Positions 35,011 through 49,300 of a stretch of 64,000 nt of DNA are shown piece by piece. The stretch comes from Mayamaea pseudoterrestris (Eukaryota), in NCBI GenBank assembly GCA_027923505.1, contig BROI01000003.1:434001-498000 (forward strand), read 5' to 3'. Every line of letters starts with the position of its first letter. Within the stretch, counting starts at the first letter, position 1. The notes beneath the pieces were generated by a model, which was given only the letters and a program-made list of their open reading frames with translations, ran no database searches and was not told where the DNA came from. The position numbers and the translations under genes are program-made.

Positions 35011-38000
35011 ATGTCTCTTGTTTCGATCCATGCCGACTCGGCGCATCCTGGCAATCAATGTGACAATGACGATGACGATGATTCTCCATTTCCGATTCAA
35101 CCCATCAAGCGAAAGGCAAGAAACGCGCCTGCGATAGGAGCCGGGAAGAAGATCAAAATTAATATCTTTTCGAAAGCAGCAGTATCAGATGACTCGTCTG
35201 CGAGCCATGATCTAAATACGGGTGCATTCAATAGTGCCGATGAATTGACGATTCAATCAGCTTCATTACCGATCTCAAATTCGGATAATTCTCAATCATC
35301 AGCGCGTGCATTTGCTAATAATGTCAACAAACAAGCTACGCAGTCGACTTATATAGATGAAACGGCGCTGATTCCGTCGGATGAACTTGATGATACGCTT
35401 GCATTCTTTGCCGAAACGCACGAGGACCAAGACCCTGCCTTTCAACGATTGGAACAACTGGCGCGTCGACAAGCTCTACAGGAAAAGCTTGCTTCACTCA
35501 AGACGCAGGATACAGTCGCTCGTCAAGAGATTGACAAGTTTATTAACGATCAGCTACAAGCCAAGCTCGCCAACGCAGAACTTTCATTGGAAAAGTACAA
35601 GCTCCGAGCGTCGCAGGACGAAAAGAAGGACTCGCAGAAACTCTATGAAGTATTCACGGAAAAGTCATCACACAATCTGCAAAAAATCAATCAAAGCATG
35701 AAGCTGTTACGGAACCGCCACACCGCCGAGCTACAAAACGCCATGCAGGCGCATCAGCAGCATCAACAGCAACGAAGCAGTAGTATCAATCCGAATGAGC
35801 AGCAACAGTTCGCAGCCGCCGGGCAGCAAGAGTGGCACAACATTGCTCAGCAGATTCAAATCAAGCATCAGCGCCAGGTAGCAGAATTTGCGCAAAAGTC
35901 GGACGAATTGAAGAATCGCATGGCGACGGAGTACAAGCGCGAGCAGGAAAAAATAAAGGCGCACTTGGATCATCGGCTTGGACAAATTCAAGTGAATCGG
36001 CGAAAAATGACGGAGAAATTGACTGTGTCTTTTCAGCAAATACGACAACGGTATATCAAGCGGCACTTGCAAAAATTGTTGGAGCAAGAGCAAGCAATCG
36101 TGGCCGAAATTCGAGCCTTGGATATAGGGACTGGTTCTGGCAGTGCTGATGGAGCAGAGACGACTATTGATCATAATATTACCAGCTTGATGGAGACGCA
36201 GTCGTCCGAACATCATCACCATGATGCGCGCTCCGTTGCCAAGCCGGACAGGATTGAATTCCGACAGCCTGCGCCAATCACCTCGAAACCAATCTGGGCA
36301 CGAGGAAAGTGGTCGGGCGCGGCTGCCAGGCACAAGCACCGCAAGACAGTCATGAGTCACTCATCGAGGCAATTGTCGCTAGAGATTCATAACGAAGGAC
36401 TTTGGATCTCCCTCATTGTGCACAAAGACAGTCACGGCGAAAGCAATCCCAAGTCGACGAGTGACGACAAGAAGAACAGCTCGGGCAATGAGCAGTTCAT
36501 TCCTTGGGGGATTCGCGCACATGATATTCTCTGCAGCGTTACTTGTGGCGAAATCCCCGCTGCTTTCGAGCAGTTTAACTTTGGGGAAGCGGCTGAACTG
36601 CAGAGTGGACAAGTGCGATGCGTCTTGGTGGATCTACGAACGAGCGAGGAGTCTGCCGCAACATTGAGAGCAACCTCCATGAGTGAACATGAGCATGAAC
36701 ATTTGGCGGAGCTCAAAAAGCGAGCCGACATGCTGATAACTATGGCGGCTGAAACCGAGAAGCAATCTGCTGCTGTGACGCAGGAGGAAAAGGAATATAT
36801 TACTGCCGCAGATGCCGCAAGGAAGGATATTGACAAGTACAAGCGGGCGCAGGACGAGTTTTTACACAAATTTCGGCAGTACTTTGGACCTGGTACGTCA
36901 GTAATGTTTCTAATCTCGAATTTGTTCTCTACCATGTCTCTCACCGCCGTGCATACTAGACGGATCGATTATCGCTCCGAATCCTAGCGACCGACAAAAG
37001 CTGGAGGTACACGTTGCTGACATTAAGTCAAAGCTGGCTCGCGCGGAGGAGAGGGAGATGCTCGCCAAGCAAAAGACGAATGAAATAAAGTCGAAAGGAG
37101 AGCAACTCGCACAGACTTTAAAAGTTGCGCAGCGAAACGTGGTTTTGATAACTAATGCAGTCAAGCAGCGGCAAGTCATTCTCTCAGGGCGAGCGACGCA
37201 GAAGCAAATGGAAGCGTTTGCGGCGGAGCGTTCGGGATCACGTATCAGAGATTTTATTGGTTCATTGAAAAAAGTTGCAGCCCACCGACGCGAGCTTTTA
37301 AATGAAAAGAAGAATAGCAATGTCAGCATGGCATGGCTGCAGTCGTTTCCCGGACTCACTTCGGCTCTAAAAAAGAGTCTTTGGCATAAGATGCACCGGC
37401 GGAAACAACAGATTGTTTTAAGACCTACTCACGCCTCGTTTTTAAAAGAGTTGCGGTCCAGTGCATTAGAAAATCTAAATTGTGGAAGCCATAAACCTTT
37501 GAATGTCGAAGACCAGTTGGTGAAAGTGGAGCAACTTTTTCTTTTAGCAACGCATCCTGTTGCCGAAAACAGCGTGTCGACTGTCCCTAGTGCACGGGGT
37601 GATCTACCCTGGGCAGAGCCAGGTTGTCTGTTAGATTTGTCTGTGGAGCCTACCATCTCGCGTGACCGGATTCTTCCTTGCCGACCGTCCTACTCGGTCC
37701 TTGAGGACAATTTGTCAGAGATCGCTTCTGCACCTGGATGTCAAGCCGCTTCTCTTCTTCGTTCGTCACACTTCAAATGTTTGGCCGCTCCTTTATCAGC
37801 CGTTGCCGTCGCTTCGAGTCCAGCAGAAGCAGGGATTGTACCCAGTTCCCCGACGAACAGTAAGTGGTTTGATTCGAGCCAGTCTTTTCTTTCAAATGCA
37901 CGTACTTTGCTAACATGTCCGTATCTTCGTTTATACAGAATCTCAGTCGAAAGACCCACTTCACTTACCAGATAACGCTATCATCGACGGTTATACGTTT

Positions 38001-39107
38001 GTGACGAAGCTACCGTCGACTGCTAAGCAGTTACCAGCAACTCAAGCACAACCCAGACAGCCGCAAGCAAGGCGAAAGTCCGGCTCATCCATAGAGCCTC
38101 CACCTGCCAGCGTAAAACCTGCCCCGGCTATTCGACAGCAGTCAACGTCATCAGTGCAAAGCATGAATGCCGCCCACACTGTCGCCGCATCGCAGAAGGC
38201 AGACTCTGATTCCAAGATCCCAAGACGCAGGAACTCTTCTTCCAAAGTAACCACTCCTCCAAACCTGAGACCGTCAGATCTAGGTGTCAGTCAGCGGTCT
38301 GTCGCACCTCCATCTGAATCGCCACGCAACATTAAGAATGTTCTCAATGCTAACTTTGCATCTGCTGTCAGCAGTCAAGGATTATTACCAGCTCAATCAC
38401 CAACCACCCCTGGAAAAATACCTTTAGCGTCCCCGTATGGCCAATTTGTTGGACAGCTCCCGGTTCAACAAAAGCAGAACATGTCGCAAACGCAAAACAT
38501 GCACCAGCAACCATTTTTTCCACAACCGCCGCAGCTACAGCAGCAACAACAACAACAACCACAATCAGGCCCCCAGGCCAGTCCTAACTTTATGACACAA
38601 CAGCAGAGGCAACTCGCCTTGCAGCAAATGATGCAGCAACAGCAACAGCGACAGATAGCTGGTTCGTCGCCACGTCGCACCCAGCAGATGTATTCGCCAC
38701 CACAAGCCATGCAGATGCAGCAGTTTTATGCGCCTCTCAACCATCAAAATTTGAATATTCGAGGACAACAGTATCCGCAGCAACCTCCGATGCCGCCATT
38801 GGGACACGCCATGCAGCAGCGACCAATGCAACCCATGCCGCAGCATGCCATGGGCATGGATCGTGGGCAGCAGCAGCAGCAGGTACCTCCGCAAGGACCA
38901 ATACATTCACCACCAGCAACGCAGCAGCAGCAGCAGCAGCAGCAGCAAGGTCAATCTGGACTCTCTTCTCCGCAGGCGCAACGCCCTCTCGTCCAAGCGG
39001 CGCCGTCGCAAAACCAAGTTCATTCGCCGCAGCAGCCACAAGGACCATCGCATCCACTGCTGCCGCCGCGACAGTCTCCGCAGCAAGAACCACAACCGCC
39101 ACCGTAG
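35011..39107 (+). CDS. Hypothetical ~1316-aa protein, coiled-coil N-terminal/central part and Q/P-rich C-terminus; exons 35011-36892, 36960-37859, 37939-39107
   Basis: Three long ORFs join in frame through introns GTACGT..CTAG (36893-36959) and GTAAGT..ACAG (37860-37938). The first in-frame ATG after an upstream stop is at 35011. No family recognised. Confidence 0.8.
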
Positions 39108-39520
39108 ATGTAACTCATTTATCTAATTTCTACTTGTTACTCTATTGTATAAGTGGTTGGTATAAATACGCTGATTGGAACTGGTTCTCACCTGGCGTTA
39201 CTCTTGCATACTGAAGATTTTGCTCCGTGCCGTTGCTTCGTTCGAGACTGCAGCTAGCGGTAGTTCGTTGGGAGTTTACAATAGCATGTACCGGTACAGA
39301 GTCTGCGATGGATGAGTAGCTGTCTAATAATGTATTGGTGTGTTTATGTTTATAAGAGTTACCCTTTCGAGTCATATTCTTCGACCGAGACGCTTGATAA
39401 ATTCTTGCTCTGCCTGTCGCCGGTCGTTATGTTTTTACAGCTGCCTTTCGGACTCGCTTGCAATCATGTATAGATAGGAGCAAGCCGCTAGCTGCTAATC
39501 ATAGATTCGTCGCTCATGTT

Positions 39521-40022
39521 TTACTTGTTGTGCGGCAAAAAGTGAAAGGCATCGTCGAGGAGCAAGACGAACGGAAAGAGCGTCAATGGGTATGCCCACC
39601 AGTTCATTTCCCACGGTCTGTCCGAAATAAAACGAATAAATAATGTGAGCAAGTGAATAATTAGCAAGGCAAATGTCGTTTGATTCACTCATTCACCCTA
39701 TTCATTCATTCATCACTTCATTCACATATACTCACCGAGTATTCGCTTCCATGGCTGGATCAACCCACTTGACCTCCTTGATTTCGCCAGTGTTCATGTC
39801 CTTGACGACATTGCGAGGCGTCTGCGTCGTGGAAAGATTACTCAGGGCATCGGCATCCGAGCTAGACTCTACCGTTTCAAGTCCCTTGTTTTCGTTATTG
39901 TCAGTGGCGAACATGGAGCGAGCAAACGACGAGGAAGCGACTGCTCGGGATGATGGAGGAATGACGGAGAAGCCCGAGACGGATGCGACAGCAACGACCA
40001 GTAGGAGACTAAAGAGCTTCAT
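39521..40022 (-). CDS. Small predicted plastid-targeted membrane protein (~127 aa); exons 40022-39736, 39617-39521
   Basis: Signal peptide MKLFSLLLVVAVASVSG followed by F at +1 (ASAFAP-type motif) and an S/R-rich transit peptide. Intron GTGAGT..ACAG joins to a hydrophobic tail WWAYPLTLFPFVLLLDDAFHFLP. The 3' end is uncertain (possible extra exon). Confidence 0.75.
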
Positions 40023-40367
40023 CACGATTGTTCAGGTAAAAAGATGGAAGAAATGCGTAGAAAAAGACTTGAATGTGAGCGAGAAGCTGGTTTATAAGGA
40101 TGGTGGAGCGTAGCGTGACAGCAAGATCTCGCTGCGGAACGAAAGGCGACTTCAACTTGCTTGAATACCGATCCGACTCACATGCAAGACGGAGTCATGG
40201 TGCGATAGGTCCTGATCAATTGGATATCCGCCTCCCTTCTACCAGTACAGACTATGGTGCATGCAGTAGCCTACACTACCTCAACACAAGCTTCATTTAC
40301 ATATTGAAATAAAGAAAAAAAAGCAAAATTCACTAGTCATGGCAAGCAAACACTTATGTATGCATTA

Positions 40368-43300
40368 GTGAGACTCAGCTTGCAGATCTAACAACTTGTT
40401 GGATCTGCTAGCAGTGCACCTCAAGTGGCACTTCAGACTGCCTGAACGGCCTGCCAATACTGGAATACAATGCGCATTGTGTTTCCATTTGATTCGGACT
40501 CAAAGACTTGTCACCTTGGGTGTGGAACCCATCCCTTTGCCATGAGACTCTGCACATTCAACCAATGGTTGAATGTGCCAGCGGTGCACCCTTTTTGGCT
40601 ACAGGAATCATCAGCGCTGCCTTCTGAGCCCTGAGATCCTTTCCAATTCATGTTTGGTGTCATGATGGGCCAATGATTTGGTCAGTTGCGCCCATTCCAC
40701 TCTCCACCACCATGTATGCCATGGTGAGAATCAGCTTGCAGATCCAACAACTTGTTGGATCTGCTAGCAGTGCACCTCAAGTGGCACTTCAGACTGCCAG
40801 AATGGCCTGCCAATAAAGGACTACAATGAGCATTGTGTTTCAATCTGATTTGGACTCAAAGGCTTGTCACCTTGGGTGTGGAACCCATCCCTTGGCCATG
40901 AGACTCCGCACATTCATTCAATGGTTGAATGTGCCAGCGGTGCACCCTTTTTGGCTACAGGGATCATCAGCGCTGCCTTCTGAGTCTGAAATCCTTTCCA
41001 ATTCATGTTTGGTGTCATGATAGGCCAATGATTTGGTCAGTTGCACCCATTCCAGTCTCCACCACCATGTATGCCATGGTGAGACTCAGCTTGCAGATTA
41101 AACAACTTGTTGGATTTGCTAGCAGTGCACCTCAAGTGGCACTTCAGACTGCCATTATGGCCTGCCTATAAAGGAATACAATGAGCATTGTGTTTCCTTT
41201 TGATTAGGACTCAAAGACTTGTCACCTTGGGTGTGGAACCCATCCTTTTGCCATGAGACTCCGCACATTCAACTAATGGTTGAATGTGCCAGCGGTGCAC
41301 CCTTTTTGGCTACAGGGATCATCAGCGCTGCCTTCTGAGCCCTGAAATCCTTTTTCATTCATGTTTGAGGTCATGATGGGCCAATGATTTGGTCAGTTGC
41401 GCCCATTCCAGTCTCCAACACCAGGTATGCCATGGTGAGACTCAGCTTGCAGATCCGACAACTTGTTGGATCTGCTAGCAGTGCACCTCAAGTGGCACTA
41501 TAGACTGCCAGAATGGCCTGCTAATAAAGGAATACAATGAGAGTGTTTCATTCTGATTAGGACTCAAAGACTTGGCACCTTGGGTGTGGAACCCATCCCT
41601 TTGCCATGAGACTCCGCACATTCAACCAATGGTCGAATGTGCCAGCAGTGCACCCTTTTTGGCTACAGGGATCATCAGCGCTGCCTTCTGAGCCCTGAAA
41701 TCCTTTTTAATTCATGTTTGAGGTCATGATGGGCCAATGATTTGGTCAGTTGCGCCCATTCCAGTCTCCACCACCATGTATGCCATGGTGAGACTCAGCT
41801 TGCAGATCCAACAAATTGTTGGATCTGCTAGCAGTGCACCTCAAGTGGCACTTCAGACTGCCAGAATGCCTGCCAATACAGGAATACAATGAGAGTGTTT
41901 CATTCTGATTAGGACTCAAAGACTTGTCACCTTGGGTGTGGAACCCATCCCTTTGCCATGAGACTCCGCACATTCAACCAATGGTCGAATGTGCCAGCAG
42001 TGCACCCTTTTTGGCTACAGAGATCATCAGCGCTGCCTTCTGAGCCCTGAAACCCTTTTAAATTCATGTTTGGTGTCATGATGGGCCAATGATTTGGTCA
42101 GTTGCGCCCATTCCAGTCTCCAACACCAGGTATGCCATGGTGAGACTCAGCTTGCAGATCCGACAACTTGTTGGATCTGCTAGCAGTGCACCTCAAGTGG
42201 CACTATAGACTGCCAGAATGGCCTGCTAATAAAGGAATACAATGAGCATTGTGTTTCAATCTGATTTGGACTCAAAGGCTTGTCATCTTGGGTGTGGAAC
42301 CCATCCCATTGCCACGAGACTCCGCACATTCAATCAATGGTTGAATGTACCAGTGGTGCACCCTTTTTGGCTACAGGGATCATCAGCGCTGCCTTCTGAG
42401 CCCTGAAATCCTTTCCAATTCATGTTTGGTGTCATGATGGGCCAATGATTTGGTCAGTTGCGCCCATTCCAGTCTCCACCACCGTGTATGCCATGGTGAG
42501 ACTCAGCTTGCAGATCCAACAACTTGTTGGATCTGCTAGCAGTGCACCTCAAGTGGCACTTCAGACTGCCAGAATGGCCTGCCAATAAAGGAATACAATG
42601 AGCATTGTGTTTCAATCTGATTTGGACTCAAAGACTTGTCACCTTGGGTGTGGAACCCATCCCTTGGCCATGAGAACCCGCACATTCAACCAATGGTTGA
42701 ATGTGCCAGCGAAGCACCCTTTTTGGCTACAGGGATCATCAGGGCTGCCTTCTGAGCCCTGAAATCCTTTCCAATTCATGTTTGGTGTCATGATGGGCCA
42801 ATGATTTGGTCAGTTGCGCCCATTCCAGTCTCCAACACCAGGTATGCCATGGTGAGACTCAGCTTGCAGATCCAACAACTTGATGGATCTGCTAGCAGTG
42901 CACCTCAAGTGGCACTTCAGACTGCCAGAATGCCTGCCAATAAAGGAATACAATGAGCATTGTGTTTCAATCTGATTTGGACTCAAAGACTTGTCACCTT
43001 GGGTTTGGAACCCATCACTTGGCCATGAGAACCCGCACATTCAACCAATGGTTGAATGTGCCAGCGGTGCACCCTTTTTGGCTACAGGGATCATCAGCGC
43101 TGCCTTCTGAGCCCTGAAATCCTTTCTAAGTCATGTTTGAGGTCATGATGGGCCAATGATTTGGTCAGTTGCGCCCACCCATTCCAGTCTCCACCACCAT
43201 GTATGCCATGGTGAGACTCAGCTTGCAGATCCAACAAATTGTTGGATCTGCTAGCAGTGCACCTCAAGTGGCACTTCAGACTGCCAGAATGGCCTGCCTA

Positions 43301-46300
43301 TAAAGGACTACAATGAGCATTGTGTTTCCATTTAATTTGGACTCAAAGACTTGTCACCTTGGGTGTGGAACCCATCCCTTTGCCATGAGACTCCGCACAT
43401 TCAATCAATGGTTGAATGTGCCAGCAGTGCACCCTTTTTGGCTACAGGGGTCATCAGCGCTGCCTTCTGAGCCCTGAAATCCTTTCTAAGTCATGTTTGG
43501 TGTCATGATGGGCCAATAATTTGGTCAGTTGCGCCCACCCATTCCAGTCTCCACCACCATGTATGCCATGGTGAAACTCAGCTTGCAGATCCAACAACTT
43601 GTTGGATTTGCTAGCAGTGCACCTCAAGTGGCACTTCAGACTGCCAGAATGGCCTGCCAATAAAGGAATACAATGAGCATTGTGTTTCCGTATGATTAGG
43701 ACTCAAAGACTTGTCACCTTGGGTGTGGAACCCATCCTTTTGCCATGAGACTCCGCACATTCAACCAATGGTTGAATGTGCCAGCGGTGCACCCTTTTTG
43801 GCTACAGGGATCATCAGCGCTGCCTTCTGAGCCCTGAAATCCTTTCCAATTCATGTTTGGTGTCATGATGGGCCAATGATTTGGTCAGTTGCGCCCATTC
43901 CAGTCTCCACCACCATGTATGCCATGGTGAGACTCAGCTTGCAGATCCAACAACTTGTTGGATCTGCTAGCAGTGCACCTCAAGTGGCACTTCAGACTGC
44001 CAGAATGGCCTGCCTAGAAATACACCAAGTTTCTGATTTGGACTCAAAGGCTTGTCACCTTGGGTGTGGAATCCATCCCTCTGCCATGAGACTCCGCACA
44101 CTTGTCAACCATGTTGGGTGTGCCATGCACCCTTTTGCTACATGAGCATCATCACGCAGCCTTCTGAGCACTGAAAATCCTTTTAATTCATGTTTGGTGT
44201 CATGATGGGCCAATGATTTGGTCAGTTGCGCCCACCCATTCCAGTCTCCACCACCATGTATGCCATGGTGAGACTCAGCTTGCAGATCCAACAACTTGTT
44301 GGATCTGCTAGCAGTGCACCTCAAGTGGCACTTCAGACTGCCAGAATGGCCTGCCAATAAAGGAATACAATGAGCATTGTGTTTCCATTTAATTTGGACT
44401 CAAAGGCTTGTCACCTTGGGTGTGGAACCCATCCCTTTGCCATGAGAACCCGCACATTCAACCAATGGTTGAATGTGCCAGCGGTGCACCCTTTTTGGCT
44501 ACAGGGATCATCAGCGCAGCCTTCTGAGCACTGAAATCCTTTCCAATTCATGTTTGGTGTCATGATGGGCCAATGATTTGGTCAGTTGCACCCATTCCAG
44601 TCTCCACCACCATGTATGCCATGGTGAGACTCAGCTTGCAGATCCAACAACTTGTTGGATCTGCTAGCAGTGCACCTCAAGTGGCACTTCAGACTGCCAG
44701 AATGGCCTGCCAATAGAGGGATACAATGAGCATTGTGTTTCCATATGATTAGGACTCAAAGGCTTGTCGCCTTGGGTGTGGAACCCATCCCTTTGCCATG
44801 AGACTCCGCACATTCAACCAATGGTTGAATGTGCCAGCGGTGCACCCTATTTGGCTACAGGGATCATCAGCGCTGCTTTCTGAGCCCTGAAATCCTTTCC
44901 AATTCATGTTTGGTGTCATGATGGGCCAATGATTTGGTCAGTTGCGCCCATTCCAGTCTCCAACACCAGGTATGCCATGGTGAGGCTCAGCTTGCAGATC
45001 CAACAACTTGTAGAATATGCTAGCAGTGCACCTCAAGTGGCACTTCAGACTGCCAGAATGGCCTGCCTATAAAGGAATACAATGAGCATTGTGTTTCCAT
45101 TTAATTCGGACTCAAAGGCTTGTCACCTTGGGTGTGGAACCCATCCCTTTGCCATGAGACTCCGCACATTCAATCAATGGTTGAATGTGCCATTGGTGCA
45201 CCCTTTTTGGCTACAGGGATCATCAGCGCTGCCTTCTGAGCCCTGAAATCCTTTCCAATTCATGTTTGGTGTCATGATGGGCCAATGATTTGGTCAGTTG
45301 CGCCCACCCATTCCAGTCTCCACCACCGTGTATGCCATGGTGAGACTCAGCTTGCAGATCCAACAACTTGTTGGATCTGCTAGCAGTGCACCTCAAGTGG
45401 CACTTCAGACTGACAGAATGGCCTGGCAATTAAGGAATACAATTAGCATTGTGTTTCAATCTGATTTGGTCTCAAAGGCTTGTCACCTTGGGTGTGGAAC
45501 CCATCCCTTGGCCATGAGACTCCGCACATTTGACCAATGGTTGAATGTGCCAGTGGTGCACCCTTTTTGGCTACAGGGATCATCAGCGCTGCCTTCTGAG
45601 CCCTGAAATCCTTTCTAAGTCATGTTTGGTGTCATGATGGGCCAATGATTTGGTCAGTTGCGCCCATTCCAGTCTCCACCACCATGTATGCCACGGTGAG
45701 ACTCAGCTTGCAGATCCAACAACTTGTTGGATCTGCTAGCAGTGCACCTCAAGTGGCACTTCAGACTGCCAGATTGGCCTGCCAATAACGGAATACAATG
45801 AGAATTGTGTTTCCATTTGATTTGGACTCAAAGGCTTGTCACCTTGGGTGTGGAATCCATCCCTCTGCCATGAGACTCCGCACATTCAATCAATGGTTGA
45901 ATGTGCCATTGGTGCACCCTTTTTGGCTACAGGAATCATCAGCGCAGCCTTCTGAGCCCTGAAATCCTTTTTTATTCATGTTTGGTGTCATGATGGGCCA
46001 ATGATTAAGTCAGTTGCGCCCGTTCCAGTCTCCACCACCATGTATGCCATGGTGAGACTCAGCTTGCAGATCCAACAACTTGTTGGATCTGCTAGCAGTG
46101 CACCTCAAGTGGCACTTCAGACTGCCAGAATGCCTGCCAATAAAGGAATACAATGAGCATTGTGTTTCAATCTGATTTGGACTCAAAGACTTGTCACCTT
46201 GGGTTTGGAACCCATCACTTGGCCATGAGAACCCGCACATTCAACCAATGGTTGAATGTGCCAGCGGTGCACCCTTTTTGGCTACAGGGATCATCAGCGC

Positions 46301-49300
46301 AGCCTTCTGAGCACTGAAATCCTTTCCAATTCATGTTTGGTGTCATGATGGGCCAATGATTTGGTCAGTTGCACCCATTCCAGTCTCCACCACCATGTAT
46401 GCCATGGTGAGACTCAGCTTGTATATCCGACAACTTATTGGATCTGCTAGCAGTGCACCTCAAGTGGCACTTCAGACTGCCAGAATGGCCTGCCAATAGA
46501 GGGATACAATGAGCATTGTGTTTCCATATGATTAGGACTCAAAGACTTGTCACCTTGGGTGTGGAACCCATCCCTTTGCCAGGAGACTCCGCACATTCAT
46601 TCAATGGTTGAATGTGCCAGCGGTGCACCCTTTTTGGCTACAGGGATCATCAGCGCTGCCTTCTGAGCCCTGAAATCCTTTCCAATTCATGTTTGGTGTC
46701 ATGATGGGCCAATGATTTAGTCAATTGCGCCCATTCCAGTCTCCAACACCAGGTATGCCATGGTGAGACTCAGCTTGCAGATCCAACAACTTGTAGGATA
46801 TGCTAGCAGTGCACCTCAAGTGGCACTTCAGACTGCCAGAATGGCCTGCCAATAAAGGAATACAATGAGCATTGTGTTTCAATCTGATTTGGACTCAAAG
46901 ACTTGTCACCTTGGGTGTGGAACCCATCCCTTGGCCATGAGACTCCGCACATTCAACCATTGTGCCAGCGGTGCACCCTTTTTGGCTACAGGGATCATCA
47001 GCGCTGCCTTCTGAGCCATGAAATCCTTTCCAATTCATGTTTGGTGTCATGATGGGCCAATTGTTTAGTCAGTTGCGCCCATTCCAGTCTCTACCACCAT
47101 GTATGCCATGGTGAGACTCAGCTTGCAGATCCGACAACTTGTAGGATCTGCTAGCAGTGCACCTCAAGTGGCACTTCAGACTGCCAGATTGGCCTGCCAA
47201 TAACGGAATACAATTGCACCTCAAGTGGCACTTCAGACTGCCAGAATGGCCTGCCAATAAAGGAATACAATGAGCATTGTGTTTCCGTATGATTAGGACT
47301 CAAAGACTTGTCACCTTGGGTGTGGAACCCATCCTTTTGCCATGAGACTCCGCACATTCAACCAATGGTTGAATGTGCCAGCGGTGCACCCTTTTTGGCT
47401 ACAGGGATCATCAGCGCTGCCTTCTGAGCCCTGAAATCCTTTCCAATTCATGTTTGGTGTCATGATGGGCCAATGATTTGGTCAGTTGCGCCCATTCCAG
47501 TCTCCACCACCATGTATGCCATGGTGAGACTCAGCTTGCAGATCCAACAACTTGTTGGATCTGCTAGCAGTGCACCTCAAGTGGCACTTCAGACTGCCAG
47601 AATGGCCTGCCTAGAAATACACCAAGTTTCTGATTTGGACTCAAAGGCTTGTCACCTTGGGTGTGGAATCCATCCCTCTGCCATGAGACTCCGCACACTT
47701 GTCAACCATGTTGGGTGTGCCATGCACCCTTTTGCTACATGAGCATCATCACGCAGCCTTCTGAGCACTGAAAATCCTTTTAATTCATGTTTGGTGTCAT
47801 GATGGGCCAATGATTTGGTCAGTTGCGCCCACCCATTCCAGTCTCCACCACCATGTATGCCATGGTGAGACTCAGCTTGCAGATCCAACAACTTGTTGGA
47901 TCTGCTAGCAGTGCACCTCAAGTGGCACTTCAGACTGCCAGAATGGCCTGCCAATAAAGGAATACAATGAGCATTGTGTTTCCATTTAATTTGGACTCAA
48001 AGGCTTGTCACCTTGGGTGTGGAACCCATCCCTTTGCCATGAGAACCCGCACATTCAACCAATGGTTGAATGTGCCAGCGGTGCACCCTTTTTGGCTACA
48101 GGGATCATCAGCGCAGCCTTCTGAGCACTGAAATCCTTTCCAATTCATGTTTGGTGTCATGATGGGCCAATGATTTGGTCAGTTGCACCCATTCCAGTCT
48201 CCACCACCATGTATGCCATGGTGAGACTCAGCTTGCAGATCCAACAACTTGTTGGATCTGCTAGCAGTGCACCTCAAGTGGCACTTCAGACTGCCAGAAT
48301 GGCCTGCCAATAGAGGGATACAATGAGCATTGTGTTTCCATATGATTAGGACTCAAAGGCTTGTCGCCTTGGGTGTGGAACCCATCCCTTTGCCATGAGA
48401 CTCCGCACATTCAACCAATGGTTGAATGTGCCAGCGGTGCACCCTATTTGGCTACAGGGATCATCAGCGCTGCTTTCTGAGCCCTGAAATCCTTTCCAAT
48501 TCATGTTTGGTGTCATGATGGGCCAATGATTTGGTCAGTTGCGCCCATTCCAGTCTCCAACACCAGGTATGCCATGGTGAGGCTCAGCTTGCAGATCCAA
48601 CAACTTGTAGAATATGCTAGCAGTGCACCTCAAGTGGCACTTCAGACTGCCAGAATGGCCTGCCTATAAAGGAATACAATGAGCATTGTGTTTCCATTTA
48701 ATTCGGACTCAAAGGCTTGTCACCTTGGGTGTGGAACCCATCCCTTTGCCATGAGACTCCGCACATTCAATCAATGGTTGAATGTGCCATTGGTGCACCC
48801 TTTTTGGCTACAGGGATCATCAGCGCTGCCTTCTGAGCCCTGAAATCCTTTCCAATTCATGTTTGGTGTCATGATGGGCCAATGATTTGGTCAGTTGCGC
48901 CCACCCATTCCAGTCTCCACCACCGTGTATGCCATGGTGAGACTCAGCTTGCAGATCCAACAACTTGTTGGATCTGCTAGCAGTGCACCTCAAGTGGCAC
49001 TTCAGACTGACAGAATGGCCTGGCAATTAAGGAATACAATTAGCATTGTGTTTCAATCTGATTTGGTCTCAAAGGCTTGTCACCTTGGGTGTGGAACCCA
49101 TCCCTTGGCCATGAGACTCCGCACATTTGACCAATGGTTGAATGTGCCAGTGGTGCACCCTTTTTGGCTACAGGGATCATCAGCGCTGCCTTCTGAGCCC
49201 TGAAATCCTTTCTAAGTCATGTTTGGTGTCATGATGGGCCAATGATTTGGTCAGTTGCGCCCATTCCAGTCTCCACCACCATGTATGCCACGGTGAGACT

